This document shows positions 55,496 to 64,000 of a stretch of 64,000 nt of DNA, one piece after another. Location: contig CAVYVQ010000043.1 in NCBI GenBank assembly GCA_963771895.1, positions 3,497 to 67,496 of the forward strand. The letters run 5' to 3'. Made by a program: the position numbers and the translations under genes. This stretch comes from an uncultured Acidobacteriaceae bacterium. GTDB lineage: Bacteria > Acidobacteriota > Terriglobia > Terriglobales > Acidobacteriaceae. Below the pieces are notes generated by a model. That model did not search any database. It was not told the DNA's origin and saw only the letters and a program-made list of their open reading frames with translations. The stretch's first letter is position 1, and each line of letters opens with the position of its first letter.

Positions 55496-58207
55496 ATGGA
55501 ACCAGGAAGCCTGGGATTGGAAGAAAATCACGACGAAGTTCAAGATCTGGACGCACCCGGTCAGGTGCGCGAGATCACGCACGTCCTTACTCTGGACGAC
55601 ATCGCAAGTCTAGCGGCGGAGGAGGGCCAACCCGCCGAGACGCTGATGAATGTCGTCGCCTTGATTGCCAAGCGATTTCAGACTGACGTTTGTTCCGCGT
55701 ATTTGCTCGAACCCGATCGAGCCAATTTAGTGCTCGCCGCAACCGTAGGTCTTCGCCGCGAGTGTATCGGCAATCTGCGAATGGCAATCAACGAAGGACT
55801 TGCGGGGCTGGTAGCGGAACAAATGCATCCCGTCGCTGTGGGATTGGCACAAAGTCACCCTCGTTTCAAGTACTTCCGGGAAGCCGGCGAAGATGCCTAC
55901 AAGTCGTTCCTCGGGGTTCCGCTCATCGACCGCGGGGTTCTGCAGGGCGTCCTCGTAGTCCAAACTATAGAGCCTCGGGCTTTCCGCGAAGATGAGATTC
56001 ACATGCTGACCCAAGCGGCAGCGCAGGTCGCGCCGGTGGTGAGCGAAGCGCGGACCCTGGATCGCTTCATCGCTCCTGCGCAGGAACGTCTCTGGGCGCT
56101 GGCTCGCAACCTGTGGTGGAGTTGGGACCACGATGCCATAAGCTTGTTTCGCGATCTCGACCCGGTACGCTGGAAGCAGGTAAACCAGAATCCGGTTTCG
56201 CTGCTGGCGGAATTTCCGCTGGCGAAACTGGAAAGTCGCGCCGCGGAACTGGTACTGCACAGCCGCATTAACTACGCCTATCGCCGGTTGCAGGAATATC
56301 TACAGGCCGACCGGACCTGGGGAACGAGGCATGCCGGGGTCTTGCGGCCTTGTCCGGTGGCTTATTTCTCCGCGGAATTCGGGATACACGAATCGCTTCC
56401 GGTTTATTCCGGGGGGCTCGGCGTCCTTTCTGGCGACCATATTAAGAGCGCGTCCGATCTGGCCATTCCGCTGGTCGGCATCGGATTGTTTTACGGCCAG
56501 GGATATTTTCGCCAGCGCCTGGATCGCGCGGGTTGGCAGCGGGAAGATTACTTGGAGACCGACGTCACTCAATTGCCTTTGGAGGTCGCGATCGGCGCGA
56601 ACGGCCGGCCGGTCACGGTGAAAATCGAGACCCGCAGCGGTTTCATTCATGCCAAAGTCTGGCGAGTGAAAGTTGGGCGCTGCGACTTATTCCTTCTTGA
56701 TTCGGATGTGGACGGCAATTTGCCGGATGACCGGGAGTTGACCTCGCGCCTGTACGGCGGAGACGCCCGGACTCGAATCCGGCAGGAGTTGCTGCTTGGT
56801 GTCGGAGGTTTCAAAGCTCTGAAAGCCATGGGCATCACGCCCGGCGTTCTTCACCTGAACGAAGGGCACAGCGGATTTGCCGTTCTGGAGGCAATCCGCA
56901 GTCGGATGAAGGAGGAGGGTATCGGGTTCGACAGCGCGGTGCCGCGCGTGTCGCGGGAAGTGGTTTTTACGACCCATACTCCTGTGCCTGCCGGCCACGA
57001 CCGCTTCGATGCGGACCTGATTGAAGAGCATCTCGGACCTCTGCGCGAACGCCTGGGCCTTTCTCAGGAAAGCCTGATGGGACTGGGACGCGAAAGTCCA
57101 AACAACCAGCAGGAGACATTTTGTATGACCGTGCTGGGGCTGAGACTCTCGCGCCGAGCCAATGCGGTTTCCGCTCTGCACGGAGAAGTGTCCCGTGCGA
57201 TGTGGACTGGGCTTTGTCCGGGCAAGCCGGAAGATGAGGTGCCCATCGGACACATCACCAACGGGGTTCACGTTCCGTCATGGCTCGCGCCGCAGATGTT
57301 CCGCCTGTACGACCGTCACCTGGGCACAAACTGGCACCAGCACAGCAGCGAAGCCCGCACCTGGGAAGGCATCGTGGACGTGGATGACGGCGAACTCTGG
57401 GAGACGCACCTTAGTCTGAAATCGCAGCTTCTCGAGTTTGTACGCCGCCGCGCCGTGGAACAAGCCGAACGCCGCTTCGAATCACGAGAGGTTTTGCATG
57501 GACTCGGTAAAGTGCTGAGTCCAGACGCACTGACCATCGGATTTGCCCGCCGCTTCGCCACCTACAAGAGAGCCAACCTGATTTTGTCCGACATCGAGAG
57601 CCTGGCCTCCATGGTGAACGATCCCAAGCGGCCGGTGCAGTTCGTCTTTGCCGGCAAAGCGCATCCTAACGATGAGCCGGGCAAACGGGTTCTGCAGCAG
57701 ATCGCCGAATTGATGCGCAATCCGCAGTTCGGCGACAAGTTCGTTTTTGTCGAAGACTATGACATCAACGTCGGCCGTTATTTCGTGCAGGGCGTTGATG
57801 TGTGGCTGAACAACCCGCGGCGTCCGTTCGAGGCATCAGGTACAAGCGGCCAGAAGGTGGTCTTGAATGGCGGACTGAACCTTTCTGTTCTCGATGGCTG
57901 GTGGGCGGAGGCGTACGACGGCATGAATGGTTTTGCGATCGGGAGGGGAAGAACGTACTCCAACGTGAACGTTCATGACACGCGCGATGGAGAAGAGTTG
58001 CACCGGACGCTTCGAGAAGAGGTGATTCCGCTGTTCTACCAGCGTGATCGGGACGGCCTGCCGCGCGGCTGGATCCAGCGCATGAAGCGAACCATCCGCA
58101 CACTCGGCTGGCGGTTCAATGCCGATCGCATGGTGATGGATTACACGCTGAAGTGTTACGTTCCCGCAGCCGGGGGCACCTCCAGCGACGTGAGATTCTC
58201 CTGGTGA
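55496..58207 (+). CDS. alpha-glucan (glycogen/maltodextrin) phosphorylase family protein with N-terminal GAF domain
   Basis: Residues ~30-190 are GAF-like (LMNVVALIAKRFQTDVCSAYLLEPDRANLVLAATVGL...GLAGLVAEQ...FLGVPLIDRGVLQGVLVVQT). The rest is GT35 alpha-glucan phosphorylase (WWSWD, LPVYSGGLGVLSGDHIKSASDL, EASGTSGQKVVLNGGLNLSVLDGWW). Confidence 0.9.
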   Translation: MEPGSLGLEENHDEVQDLDAPGQVREITHVLTLDDIASLAAEEGQPAETLMNVVALIAKRFQTDVCSAYLLEPDRANLVLAATVGLRRECIGNLRMAINEGLAGLVAEQMHPVAVGLAQSHPRFKYFREAGEDAYKSFLGVPLIDRGVLQGVLVVQTIEPRAFREDEIHMLTQAAAQVAPVVSEARTLDRFIAPAQERLWALARNLWWSWDHDAISLFRDLDPVRWKQVNQNPVSLLAEFPLAKLESRAAELVLHSRINYAYRRLQEYLQADRTWGTRHAGVLRPCPVAYFSAEFGIHESLPVYSGGLGVLSGDHIKSASDLAIPLVGIGLFYGQGYFRQRLDRAGWQREDYLETDVTQLPLEVAIGANGRPVTVKIETRSGFIHAKVWRVKVGRCDLFLLDSDVDGNLPDDRELTSRLYGGDARTRIRQELLLGVGGFKALKAMGITPGVLHLNEGHSGFAVLEAIRSRMKEEGIGFDSAVPRVSREVVFTTHTPVPAGHDRFDADLIEEHLGPLRERLGLSQESLMGLGRESPNNQQETFCMTVLGLRLSRRANAVSALHGEVSRAMWTGLCPGKPEDEVPIGHITNGVHVPSWLAPQMFRLYDRHLGTNWHQHSSEARTWEGIVDVDDGELWETHLSLKSQLLEFVRRRAVEQAERRFESREVLHGLGKVLSPDALTIGFARRFATYKRANLILSDIESLASMVNDPKRPVQFVFAGKAHPNDEPGKRVLQQIAELMRNPQFGDKFVFVEDYDINVGRYFVQGVDVWLNNPRRPFEASGTSGQKVVLNGGLNLSVLDGWWAEAYDGMNGFAIGRGRTYSNVNVHDTRDGEELHRTLREEVIPLFYQRDRDGLPRGWIQRMKRTIRTLGWRFNADRMVMDYTLKCYVPAAGGTSSDVRFSW

Positions 58208-58307
58208 CACGGTCTGCACGCAACGGGTTCGCCGAGAACTGCCGCGCGATTCACCAGACCTCGATCCCTTGCAATCAAGCCGCGTTGTGAAAATGAATAA
58301 GACAGCA

Positions 58308-61085
58308 CTAGCCCGTGTTGTGCAGCCCGGCAGCGATTCCGTTAATGGTGCCGCCCAGCGCATAGTTGAGCGCGTCGGTGTTCTCACCCGCCCGTTTGCG
58401 ACGCAGCAGGTCCACCTGCACCAGGCTCATCGGGTCCACGTAGGGATTACGCAAACGAATCGAACGGAACAGCACGGGGTTCGCCTCGAGCAATTCTTTT
58501 TGACCTGTGATCGAGAGCACAGCCTGTCGTGTGCGAAGAAATTCTTCCTCAAACAAGGCGAAGACCCGGTCGCGCACACCGCTGTCTTCGACCAGGCCAG
58601 CGTAGAGTTTCGCGATCGTGAGGTCGGCTTTCGCCATGGCCAGTTCGACATTGCGCACCAGTTCGGAAAACAGCGGGACCTGCGCCATCATCTCGCGCAG
58701 ACGCCCCGCGTTTCCGGGCGCTTCCGCGATGAACTGCTCGATTGCGTAACCCACGCCAAACCAGGCGGGAACGGCGTGCCGGCTTTGCATCCATCCGAAG
58801 ACCCATGGGATGGCGCGAAGATCTTCCAGACACCGGCTCCGGGTGCGTCTGGCCGGGCGGGATCCCATCTGCATATTGTCCAGTTCATTGATCGGCGTGG
58901 CCTGCTCAAAATATAGGAGCACATCGGGATTCTCGGCGATGTTCTTCCGGTAGTAAGCGAATGCCGTACGTGCCATTGCTTCCATGACGTCATCCCAGCG
59001 AGAGATCTCTTGCGCTCGCGTGGAACCCGGACGGGTGACCGCTTCCAATGATGCAGCGATCATCAACTCCAGGTTCCATTCCGCGAGAACCGGGTCCGAA
59101 TACTTCCAGTTGAGCACTTCGCCTTGCTCCGTAATCCGTATCTGGCCCGAAAAATCTCCAATTGGCTGCGCAAGAATTGCGGCGTGCGTTGGTCCGCCCC
59201 CGCGTCCCACGGTACCCCCGCGTCCGTGGAACAGTCGCAGGTTAACCCCACATTCGCCAGCCGCCTGATGTAAGGCCCTATGAGCTTTGTATAGTTCCCA
59301 TGTGCTCGTGAACATCCCGCCGTCTTTGTTGGAATCCGAGTATCCCAGCATAACCTCCTGGGAACGTCCCCAGGAGTCGAGCAAAGGGGCATACTCCGGC
59401 GAGTTCCACAGTCGGCGCATAACGTCCGCCGAGGAACGCAGAGCTTCGATCGACTCGAATAATGGCACGGGCATCAGGCCAGGGTCGTCGCCTTTCCTGC
59501 CCACGCGCAGTCCGCAAACCGCAGCCAGGCGAACCACGTTGAAAATGTCCTGCTCTGATTGCGTGTTGCTCACGATGAATGTACGGACCGAGGCCGGAGG
59601 ATACTGTTTCTTTAAGAGCGCGAGGGTCTGGAAGACATTCATGGTTTCACGCGATCCCTCCGAAAGTCCGCGAGCAGCTTCAGGTCCAAGATCTCCTCCT
59701 GGGCTTCCCATGGCTGCCGCAGTCAATTCGGTCAAAGCTTCGGAAAGAACACGCGAATGCTGCCGGATATCGAGTGAGTGAAGGTTGAATCCAAAGGTTT
59801 GCACGGCACGCAGCAGTGGGTCGATCACCAACTCCGCCAGGCGGCTGCCGTGATTTTCACCGAGGCTATCTCTAAGGAGGGAGATATCCGAGGCGAATCC
59901 AGTACAGTCTTTGTAAGCAGGGAAGATCGAAGAGAGTTTTCTTGAGGCCCGCAGACGTATCTCTACAAGCTCCAAAAATAAGCGATAGAGTTCTGCCTCG
60001 GAAATTCTTCTTGCGCGCGCCGATAATAGGAGCGCTTCATACTCGTTAAACCGTTGGCGTAAAGCCGGCGATGCGCCAACCCGGCGCAGGGACGAGCTTA
60101 GAAGATCGGCCGCCTTCGAGATCTGACGCAAATAGTAATCGATGATCACGTTGCGGGCCATTTGCAGAGCGTCGCGGGTGCATTCCGCGGTCACGAACGG
60201 ATTACCATCACGATCGCCACCAACCCAGGAGCCAAACGAAAGGATGCAAGGCAATCCTCGCTCCTCGAGATCAAACCCATAGACCTCACGGAAGGAGTCA
60301 ATCATCTCGGCATAAATCTTGGGCAAAGTGTCAAACAGCGTCATCGGGTACGGGTCAAGGCTCATGCGAATCTCATCCGTCACGCTGGGCTTGGTGAGCC
60401 GCACCTCGTCGGTCTGCCAGAGAGCGGTGATCTCGGCGCCGATTTGTTTCTCCAACTCCTCGGCATCGGAACTCGACAGAGGCAGACGATCGAGATCCTC
60501 GAGAAAACGGGTGATGTTGCGCCGCTTGCTGAGCACGGTTCGACGTGCAACCTCCGTTGGATGCGCGGTAAAAACGGGCGTGACTTCAATTTTTCGTAAT
60601 GCTTCGAGCGCGTGCTGCCCATCGATTCCATCTGCTTTCAGTCGAACCAGCGTTCCGCGAAAAGAGCCGGCCAAAGGCACATGGTCCTCATGCAGTCGCG
60701 CCGCACGCCGGCGACGCTTGCGGTGGTTGGTTTCCGCCAGATTTGTCAGTTCGAAATAAATCGCGAATGCCTTTGTGATCTTGTAGGCATCTTCGACGGG
60801 AAGGCGTCCAATGATGGTGCGCGCCTGGGCCATCAGATCATCTTCACTCTCCTTTTGTTCGGGGTTGGCGGGCTCCCGATGTTGGATCAGAAGGTGCCGG
60901 AGACGCTCAACCACGTCCAGCAGTGGATTGCCGGATTGCTCCACCAGCACGCGCCCCAGCAGAATGCCGAGCGAACGAACGTCACGGCGGAGAGGAAGTT
61001 CTTTCGCGACATCCGAGGTCTCAGCAGTAAGCTCCGAAAGACGGCCCCGCTGATCCGTTGTCGCCCACAACGGCGTCTCACCCAT
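58308..61085 (-). CDS. ppc: phosphoenolpyruvate carboxylase
   Basis: 925 aa. LRRDVRSLGILLGRVL, VFTAHPTEVARRTV, MLGYSDSNKDGG, C-terminal ..GIAAGLHNTG. Confidence 0.95.
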   Translation of the reverse strand: MGETPLWATTDQRGRLSELTAETSDVAKELPLRRDVRSLGILLGRVLVEQSGNPLLDVVERLRHLLIQHREPANPEQKESEDDLMAQARTIIGRLPVEDAYKITKAFAIYFELTNLAETNHRKRRRRAARLHEDHVPLAGSFRGTLVRLKADGIDGQHALEALRKIEVTPVFTAHPTEVARRTVLSKRRNITRFLEDLDRLPLSSSDAEELEKQIGAEITALWQTDEVRLTKPSVTDEIRMSLDPYPMTLFDTLPKIYAEMIDSFREVYGFDLEERGLPCILSFGSWVGGDRDGNPFVTAECTRDALQMARNVIIDYYLRQISKAADLLSSSLRRVGASPALRQRFNEYEALLLSARARRISEAELYRLFLELVEIRLRASRKLSSIFPAYKDCTGFASDISLLRDSLGENHGSRLAELVIDPLLRAVQTFGFNLHSLDIRQHSRVLSEALTELTAAAMGSPGGDLGPEAARGLSEGSRETMNVFQTLALLKKQYPPASVRTFIVSNTQSEQDIFNVVRLAAVCGLRVGRKGDDPGLMPVPLFESIEALRSSADVMRRLWNSPEYAPLLDSWGRSQEVMLGYSDSNKDGGMFTSTWELYKAHRALHQAAGECGVNLRLFHGRGGTVGRGGGPTHAAILAQPIGDFSGQIRITEQGEVLNWKYSDPVLAEWNLELMIAASLEAVTRPGSTRAQEISRWDDVMEAMARTAFAYYRKNIAENPDVLLYFEQATPINELDNMQMGSRPARRTRSRCLEDLRAIPWVFGWMQSRHAVPAWFGVGYAIEQFIAEAPGNAGRLREMMAQVPLFSELVRNVELAMAKADLTIAKLYAGLVEDSGVRDRVFALFEEEFLRTRQAVLSITGQKELLEANPVLFRSIRLRNPYVDPMSLVQVDLLRRKRAGENTDALNYALGGTINGIAAGLHNTG

Positions 61086-61261
61086 AACTCATCATAAAGG
61101 ACCAGGGGAACGAGATTAAGTAATCCTGTCGTGCTTTAGTGGGGGCTGTCCGGTTTCAAGAAACCCCTGTACGTGCACTGATCTAGAATCAAATCCGTTC
61201 CAGTGTCCACCGTAACCTTGCCTCTGGATATGTGGTGTGTATAATTCATATTGAGGTTTAC

Positions 61262-61585
61262 GTGGGGAAAGCGACAGACCATTCGTCCAGTTCGGTGCCA
61301 TGGTGGTGCCGGGCGTTCGTCGGCGTTGTCATGTTTTCTCTGGCCCTTACGCTGGCTACACGCACTTTCCACGATAGAACGTCTCACTCCACAATGGTTC
61401 GGTCTAGCTCGCCGCAAGTTATGCGGCAGCACATGGATCGCGATGCGGTTCGTTGGGCTGCTCCTATAGCTAAGGTTACGGTTGCGCAAGCTCCCACGTT
61501 CGATCCACGTGTGGCGCCGCGGTCCTCCTCTTCCGACTCTCCTTATCGAGGAGAATCTCTACGATCGCCGCCTCCCTCCTGCTGA
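61262..61585 (+). CDS. small hypothetical protein with one TM helix (uncertain)
   Basis: GTG 61262 lies 5 nt after GAGG. A TATAAT box at 61240-61245 and TTGCCT at 61218-61223 lie upstream. Hydrophobic segment AFVGVVMFSLALTLA. No family recognised. Confidence 0.3.
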   Translation: MGKATDHSSSSVPWWCRAFVGVVMFSLALTLATRTFHDRTSHSTMVRSSSPQVMRQHMDRDAVRWAAPIAKVTVAQAPTFDPRVAPRSSSSDSPYRGESLRSPPPSC

Positions 61586-61849
61586 TCTCTTTCTTGGTCG
61601 TCCGGAAAACCTGCTTCGACCAAATTTCAACTCAGTTTACTGATTGAGGCTGCACGGCTCTGCCGTGATTGGGCGGCAAGCTTGCCGGGTTCGGGGAGAG
61701 TTCAGCCTGGCGGAAGCGGTATTATGGTCTCGCATCCCCCGCGGTACTTTCGATAAACGTGTGCTGGCCTTATTCGCGGCGCTATGGTTCCCTGCTTTTG
61801 GGGGTCGAGGATCTTCGCCCATAGTCGTGCAGATCTGGAATTGAAAAAA

Positions 61850-63103
61850 ATGACGCTACAACGCAGACGCCTGGTGGTTGGAGGGGTTGTGGGGCTTGTC
61901 GCGCTGATCGCGATCGCGGTGCTCATACATTCGTTCGGCGACGCAAACGCGAGGGGCGATGGACAGGCGCAACGAGTCGCTCCAGTCGTACTGGCCGCCC
62001 GCGCTCCACTGGAAAACTCAATTACTCTCACCGGGGAATTCCGTCCATTTCAGCTGGTCGATGTTCACGCCAAAGTCGCCGGTTACATCCGCCACATCTA
62101 TGTGGATGTGGGGGACAAAGTCAAAACCGGCCAGGAGCTCGCGATTTTGGAGGTCCCCGAACTGAATGCGCAGGTCATGGGTGCCCAAGCGGACATTCGA
62201 CGCAGTCAGGACGCGATTCGCCGAGCTGAAAGCGAAATCGAGCGGGCGGAGTCCACGCACCGGGCATACCACGCAGCCTATACGCGGCTCAAGCAGGCGT
62301 CGGAGGAGCGTCCGGGGTTGGTCGCCGAGCAGGAACTGGACGACGCGATGGCGAAAGATAAAGAGACCGACGCACAGATCAGCAGCACTCGCGCCGCTCT
62401 GGCTGAATCGCAGAATCAACTCGGGATGGCGCAAGCCACGCTTGATCGTCTGTCGGCTTTGCAGGCTTATTCACACATCACGGCTCCCTTCGCGGGTGTG
62501 ATCACCAAACGGTACGTCGATACCGGAGCCCTGATCTCAGCCGGAACCTCATCTGAGACCCAATCACAGCCCGTCGTGCAACTGGCGGAGTGGTCGCTGT
62601 TAAGGTTGGTGATTCCAGTCCCCGAATCCGCCGTATCGCATCTACATTTGGGCAGCGTGGTGCAAGTGCATGTTGCATCTCTCAATCGAGACTTTCAGGG
62701 CCGGGTGGCTCGTTTCGCCGATGCGCTCAATGATGAGACGCGAACCATGCACACAGAGATTGACGTGGAGAATCCGCAAAACACTTTGACGGAAGGCATG
62801 TACGCCGAGGTAAAGCTTGTGTTGCACGGGAAAGAAGACGCGCTCACGGTTCCCGTACAGGCTGTGGTCCAGGAAGGCGACAAGCATTACGTGCTGGTTT
62901 TAGACGATCAGGATCGCGTGCAGAAGCGGAGCGTTGAATTAGGAGAGCAAACTTCCACCGCCGTGGAGATTCTTCGCGGTCTTAAGGAAAAGGAGCGAGT
63001 GATCAGCGCCGGTCAGTCCAACTACCAGATCGGCGAAGTAGTGAAGCCCAAGCTAGAGCAGTCCGGGGGCGCGAGTGAAGATAAGACGGGGGAGCGAAAG
63101 TAA
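61850..63103 (+). CDS. RND efflux periplasmic adaptor (MFP family), second system
   Basis: MTLQRRRLVVGGVVGLVALIAIAVLI. Lipoyl motif VKTGQELAILEVPEL. ITAPFAGVITKRYVDTGALI. Confidence 0.85.
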   Translation: MTLQRRRLVVGGVVGLVALIAIAVLIHSFGDANARGDGQAQRVAPVVLAARAPLENSITLTGEFRPFQLVDVHAKVAGYIRHIYVDVGDKVKTGQELAILEVPELNAQVMGAQADIRRSQDAIRRAESEIERAESTHRAYHAAYTRLKQASEERPGLVAEQELDDAMAKDKETDAQISSTRAALAESQNQLGMAQATLDRLSALQAYSHITAPFAGVITKRYVDTGALISAGTSSETQSQPVVQLAEWSLLRLVIPVPESAVSHLHLGSVVQVHVASLNRDFQGRVARFADALNDETRTMHTEIDVENPQNTLTEGMYAEVKLVLHGKEDALTVPVQAVVQEGDKHYVLVLDDQDRVQKRSVELGEQTSTAVEILRGLKEKERVISAGQSNYQIGEVVKPKLEQSGGASEDKTGERK

Positions 63104-64000
63104 TGCCGAGATTCGCCCTGAAGAACCCGTTCTTCATCATCATGCTTTGTCTTGTAATTGCCGTGGTCGGCGTGACGACCGTGGCGCGGATGCCGGTGGA
63201 TCTGTTCCCGCAGATCAAGATTCCGGTGGTTGTGGTCGCAACCTTTTACGCAGGGATGCCGCCGGAGCAGGTCGAGGCCGATATTACCGATACGTTCGAG
63301 CGTTTCTTTACTCTCGGCAGCAACATCGACCACATCGAATCGCGCTCTCTGACGGGCGTTAGTCTGATAAAGATTTACTTTAAGCCGGGGAGCGACGCCA
63401 ACGCTGCTCTCAGCAACATCGCGAACCTGGCGATGGCGGATCTTCGCCGTCTGCCTCCGGGCACTTTGCCGCCGGTGGTGCTCAAGTTCGACGCCTCGAG
63501 CCTTCCTGTTTGTCTCGTTACGCTGAAAGGAGAAGGCCTGGATGAAACGCGGCTGAAAGATCTGGCGCAATTCCAGGTTCGCAATCAGATCGCGAATGTC
63601 TCCGGCGCCTCCGTGCCTCAGCCCTTTGGCGGGCGTTATCGCCAGATTATGGTTTACGTGGACCCGGTCAAGCTGGAGGCGCACCAGCTCAGCCTGATGG
63701 ACGTGGTTCACGCGGTGAACGATTCCAACCTGATTCTTCCGGCTGGCGACGTCCGCATCGGTCCGAGAGACTACAACATTTATGCCAACGCGCAGTTGCC
63801 CAACGTGGAAGAGCTCAACCGCATCCCGCTGAAGACCGTGGGCAACGCGTCGGTGATGGTTGCCGACGTGGGTGAGGCAAAGGACTCGGGCACGATTCAA
63901 ACCAACATCGTTCGCATCGACGGACAGCAATCCGTCTACATCCCTGTGCTGAAGCAAGGCGGCGACAGCAATACCATCACGATCGTGGATGGAATCAAGG
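63103..64000 (+). CDS. RND efflux permease, N-terminal part (continues past the window end)
   Basis: The ATG overlaps the adaptor TAA by 1 nt. My translation MPRFALKNPFFIIMLCLVIAVVGVTTVARMPVDLFPQIKIPVVVVATFYAGMPPEQVE... parallels the N-terminus of the permease at 37119-40271. The frame is open to the window edge. Confidence 0.9.
   Translation, partial: MPRFALKNPFFIIMLCLVIAVVGVTTVARMPVDLFPQIKIPVVVVATFYAGMPPEQVEADITDTFERFFTLGSNIDHIESRSLTGVSLIKIYFKPGSDANAALSNIANLAMADLRRLPPGTLPPVVLKFDASSLPVCLVTLKGEGLDETRLKDLAQFQVRNQIANVSGASVPQPFGGRYRQIMVYVDPVKLEAHQLSLMDVVHAVNDSNLILPAGDVRIGPRDYNIYANAQLPNVEELNRIPLKTVGNASVMVADVGEAKDSGTIQTNIVRIDGQQSVYIPVLKQGGDSNTITIVDGIK

Noticed and set aside
55302-55613. 103-aa ORF (..KIDALIEWCEKFRFKNHGVRIEWNQEAWDWKK..) that looks protein-like
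   Set aside because: It overlaps the response-regulator tail and the start of the phosphorylase gene in other frames. It lies in an AT-richer intergenic-like stretch and has no RBS or family match.
1-64000. Search for rRNA, tRNA, CRISPR arrays, transposases, integrases and phage genes
   Set aside because: None was recognised by eye in any intergenic region or ORF. The only tandem repeat (53316-54063) is a protein-coding PAS duplication, not a CRISPR array. A tRNA or ncRNA scan (tRNAscan-SE or Infernal) would be needed to exclude small RNAs.

Overview
GC-rich chromosomal segment. The gene content looks Acidobacteriota-like, which is an inference from four genes: a CarboxypepD_reg-type TonB-dependent receptor, a Ser/Thr kinase fused to a PD40/TolB-like propeller, a BNR/sortilin-type repeat protein, and a kelch/Ig-like exoprotein. 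I can support about 50 protein genes. By eye I found no rRNA, tRNA, CRISPR array, transposase or phage genes. Left to right: LOG-family gene, thiE-like gene, TonB receptor with a YncE-like propeller and a metallophosphoesterase, a Tat-signal aldo/keto reductase, yceH, an AhpD/CMD-family gene, a tri-domain acyl-adenylate ligase/carrier/acyltransferase, a kelch exoprotein, a broken BNR gene, a PfkB kinase, a broken GH130 gene, a decayed CRTAC1-like remnant, glpK-glpF, an argR-argC-argB-argF-argG-argH-(short argA-like GNAT) operon with a double ARG box, a sugar MFS transporter, an RND efflux operon (permease-adaptor-OMF order) with a divergent TetR, a NiCoT-type metal transporter, a GAF protein, the Ser/Thr kinase, an Anbu-type proteasome-homologue cluster, a CHASE3-PAS histidine kinase with response regulator, a GAF-fused alpha-glucan phosphorylase, ppc, and a second RND system running off the right edge. 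Most notable: (1) the Anbu / circularly permuted ATP-grasp / alpha-E / transglutaminase cluster, a predicted but functionally unresolved peptide-ligation and protease system; (2) an in-frame TGA exactly at the second Cys of the CxxC motif of the AhpD/CMD-family gene, a candidate selenoprotein; (3) about 15 single-nucleotide frame breaks, nearly all at short homopolymers, which are probably sequencing or assembly artefacts, alongside one genuinely decayed gene remnant; (4) palindromic elements translated in-frame inside two genes. I see no clearly novel multi-gene system beyond these.
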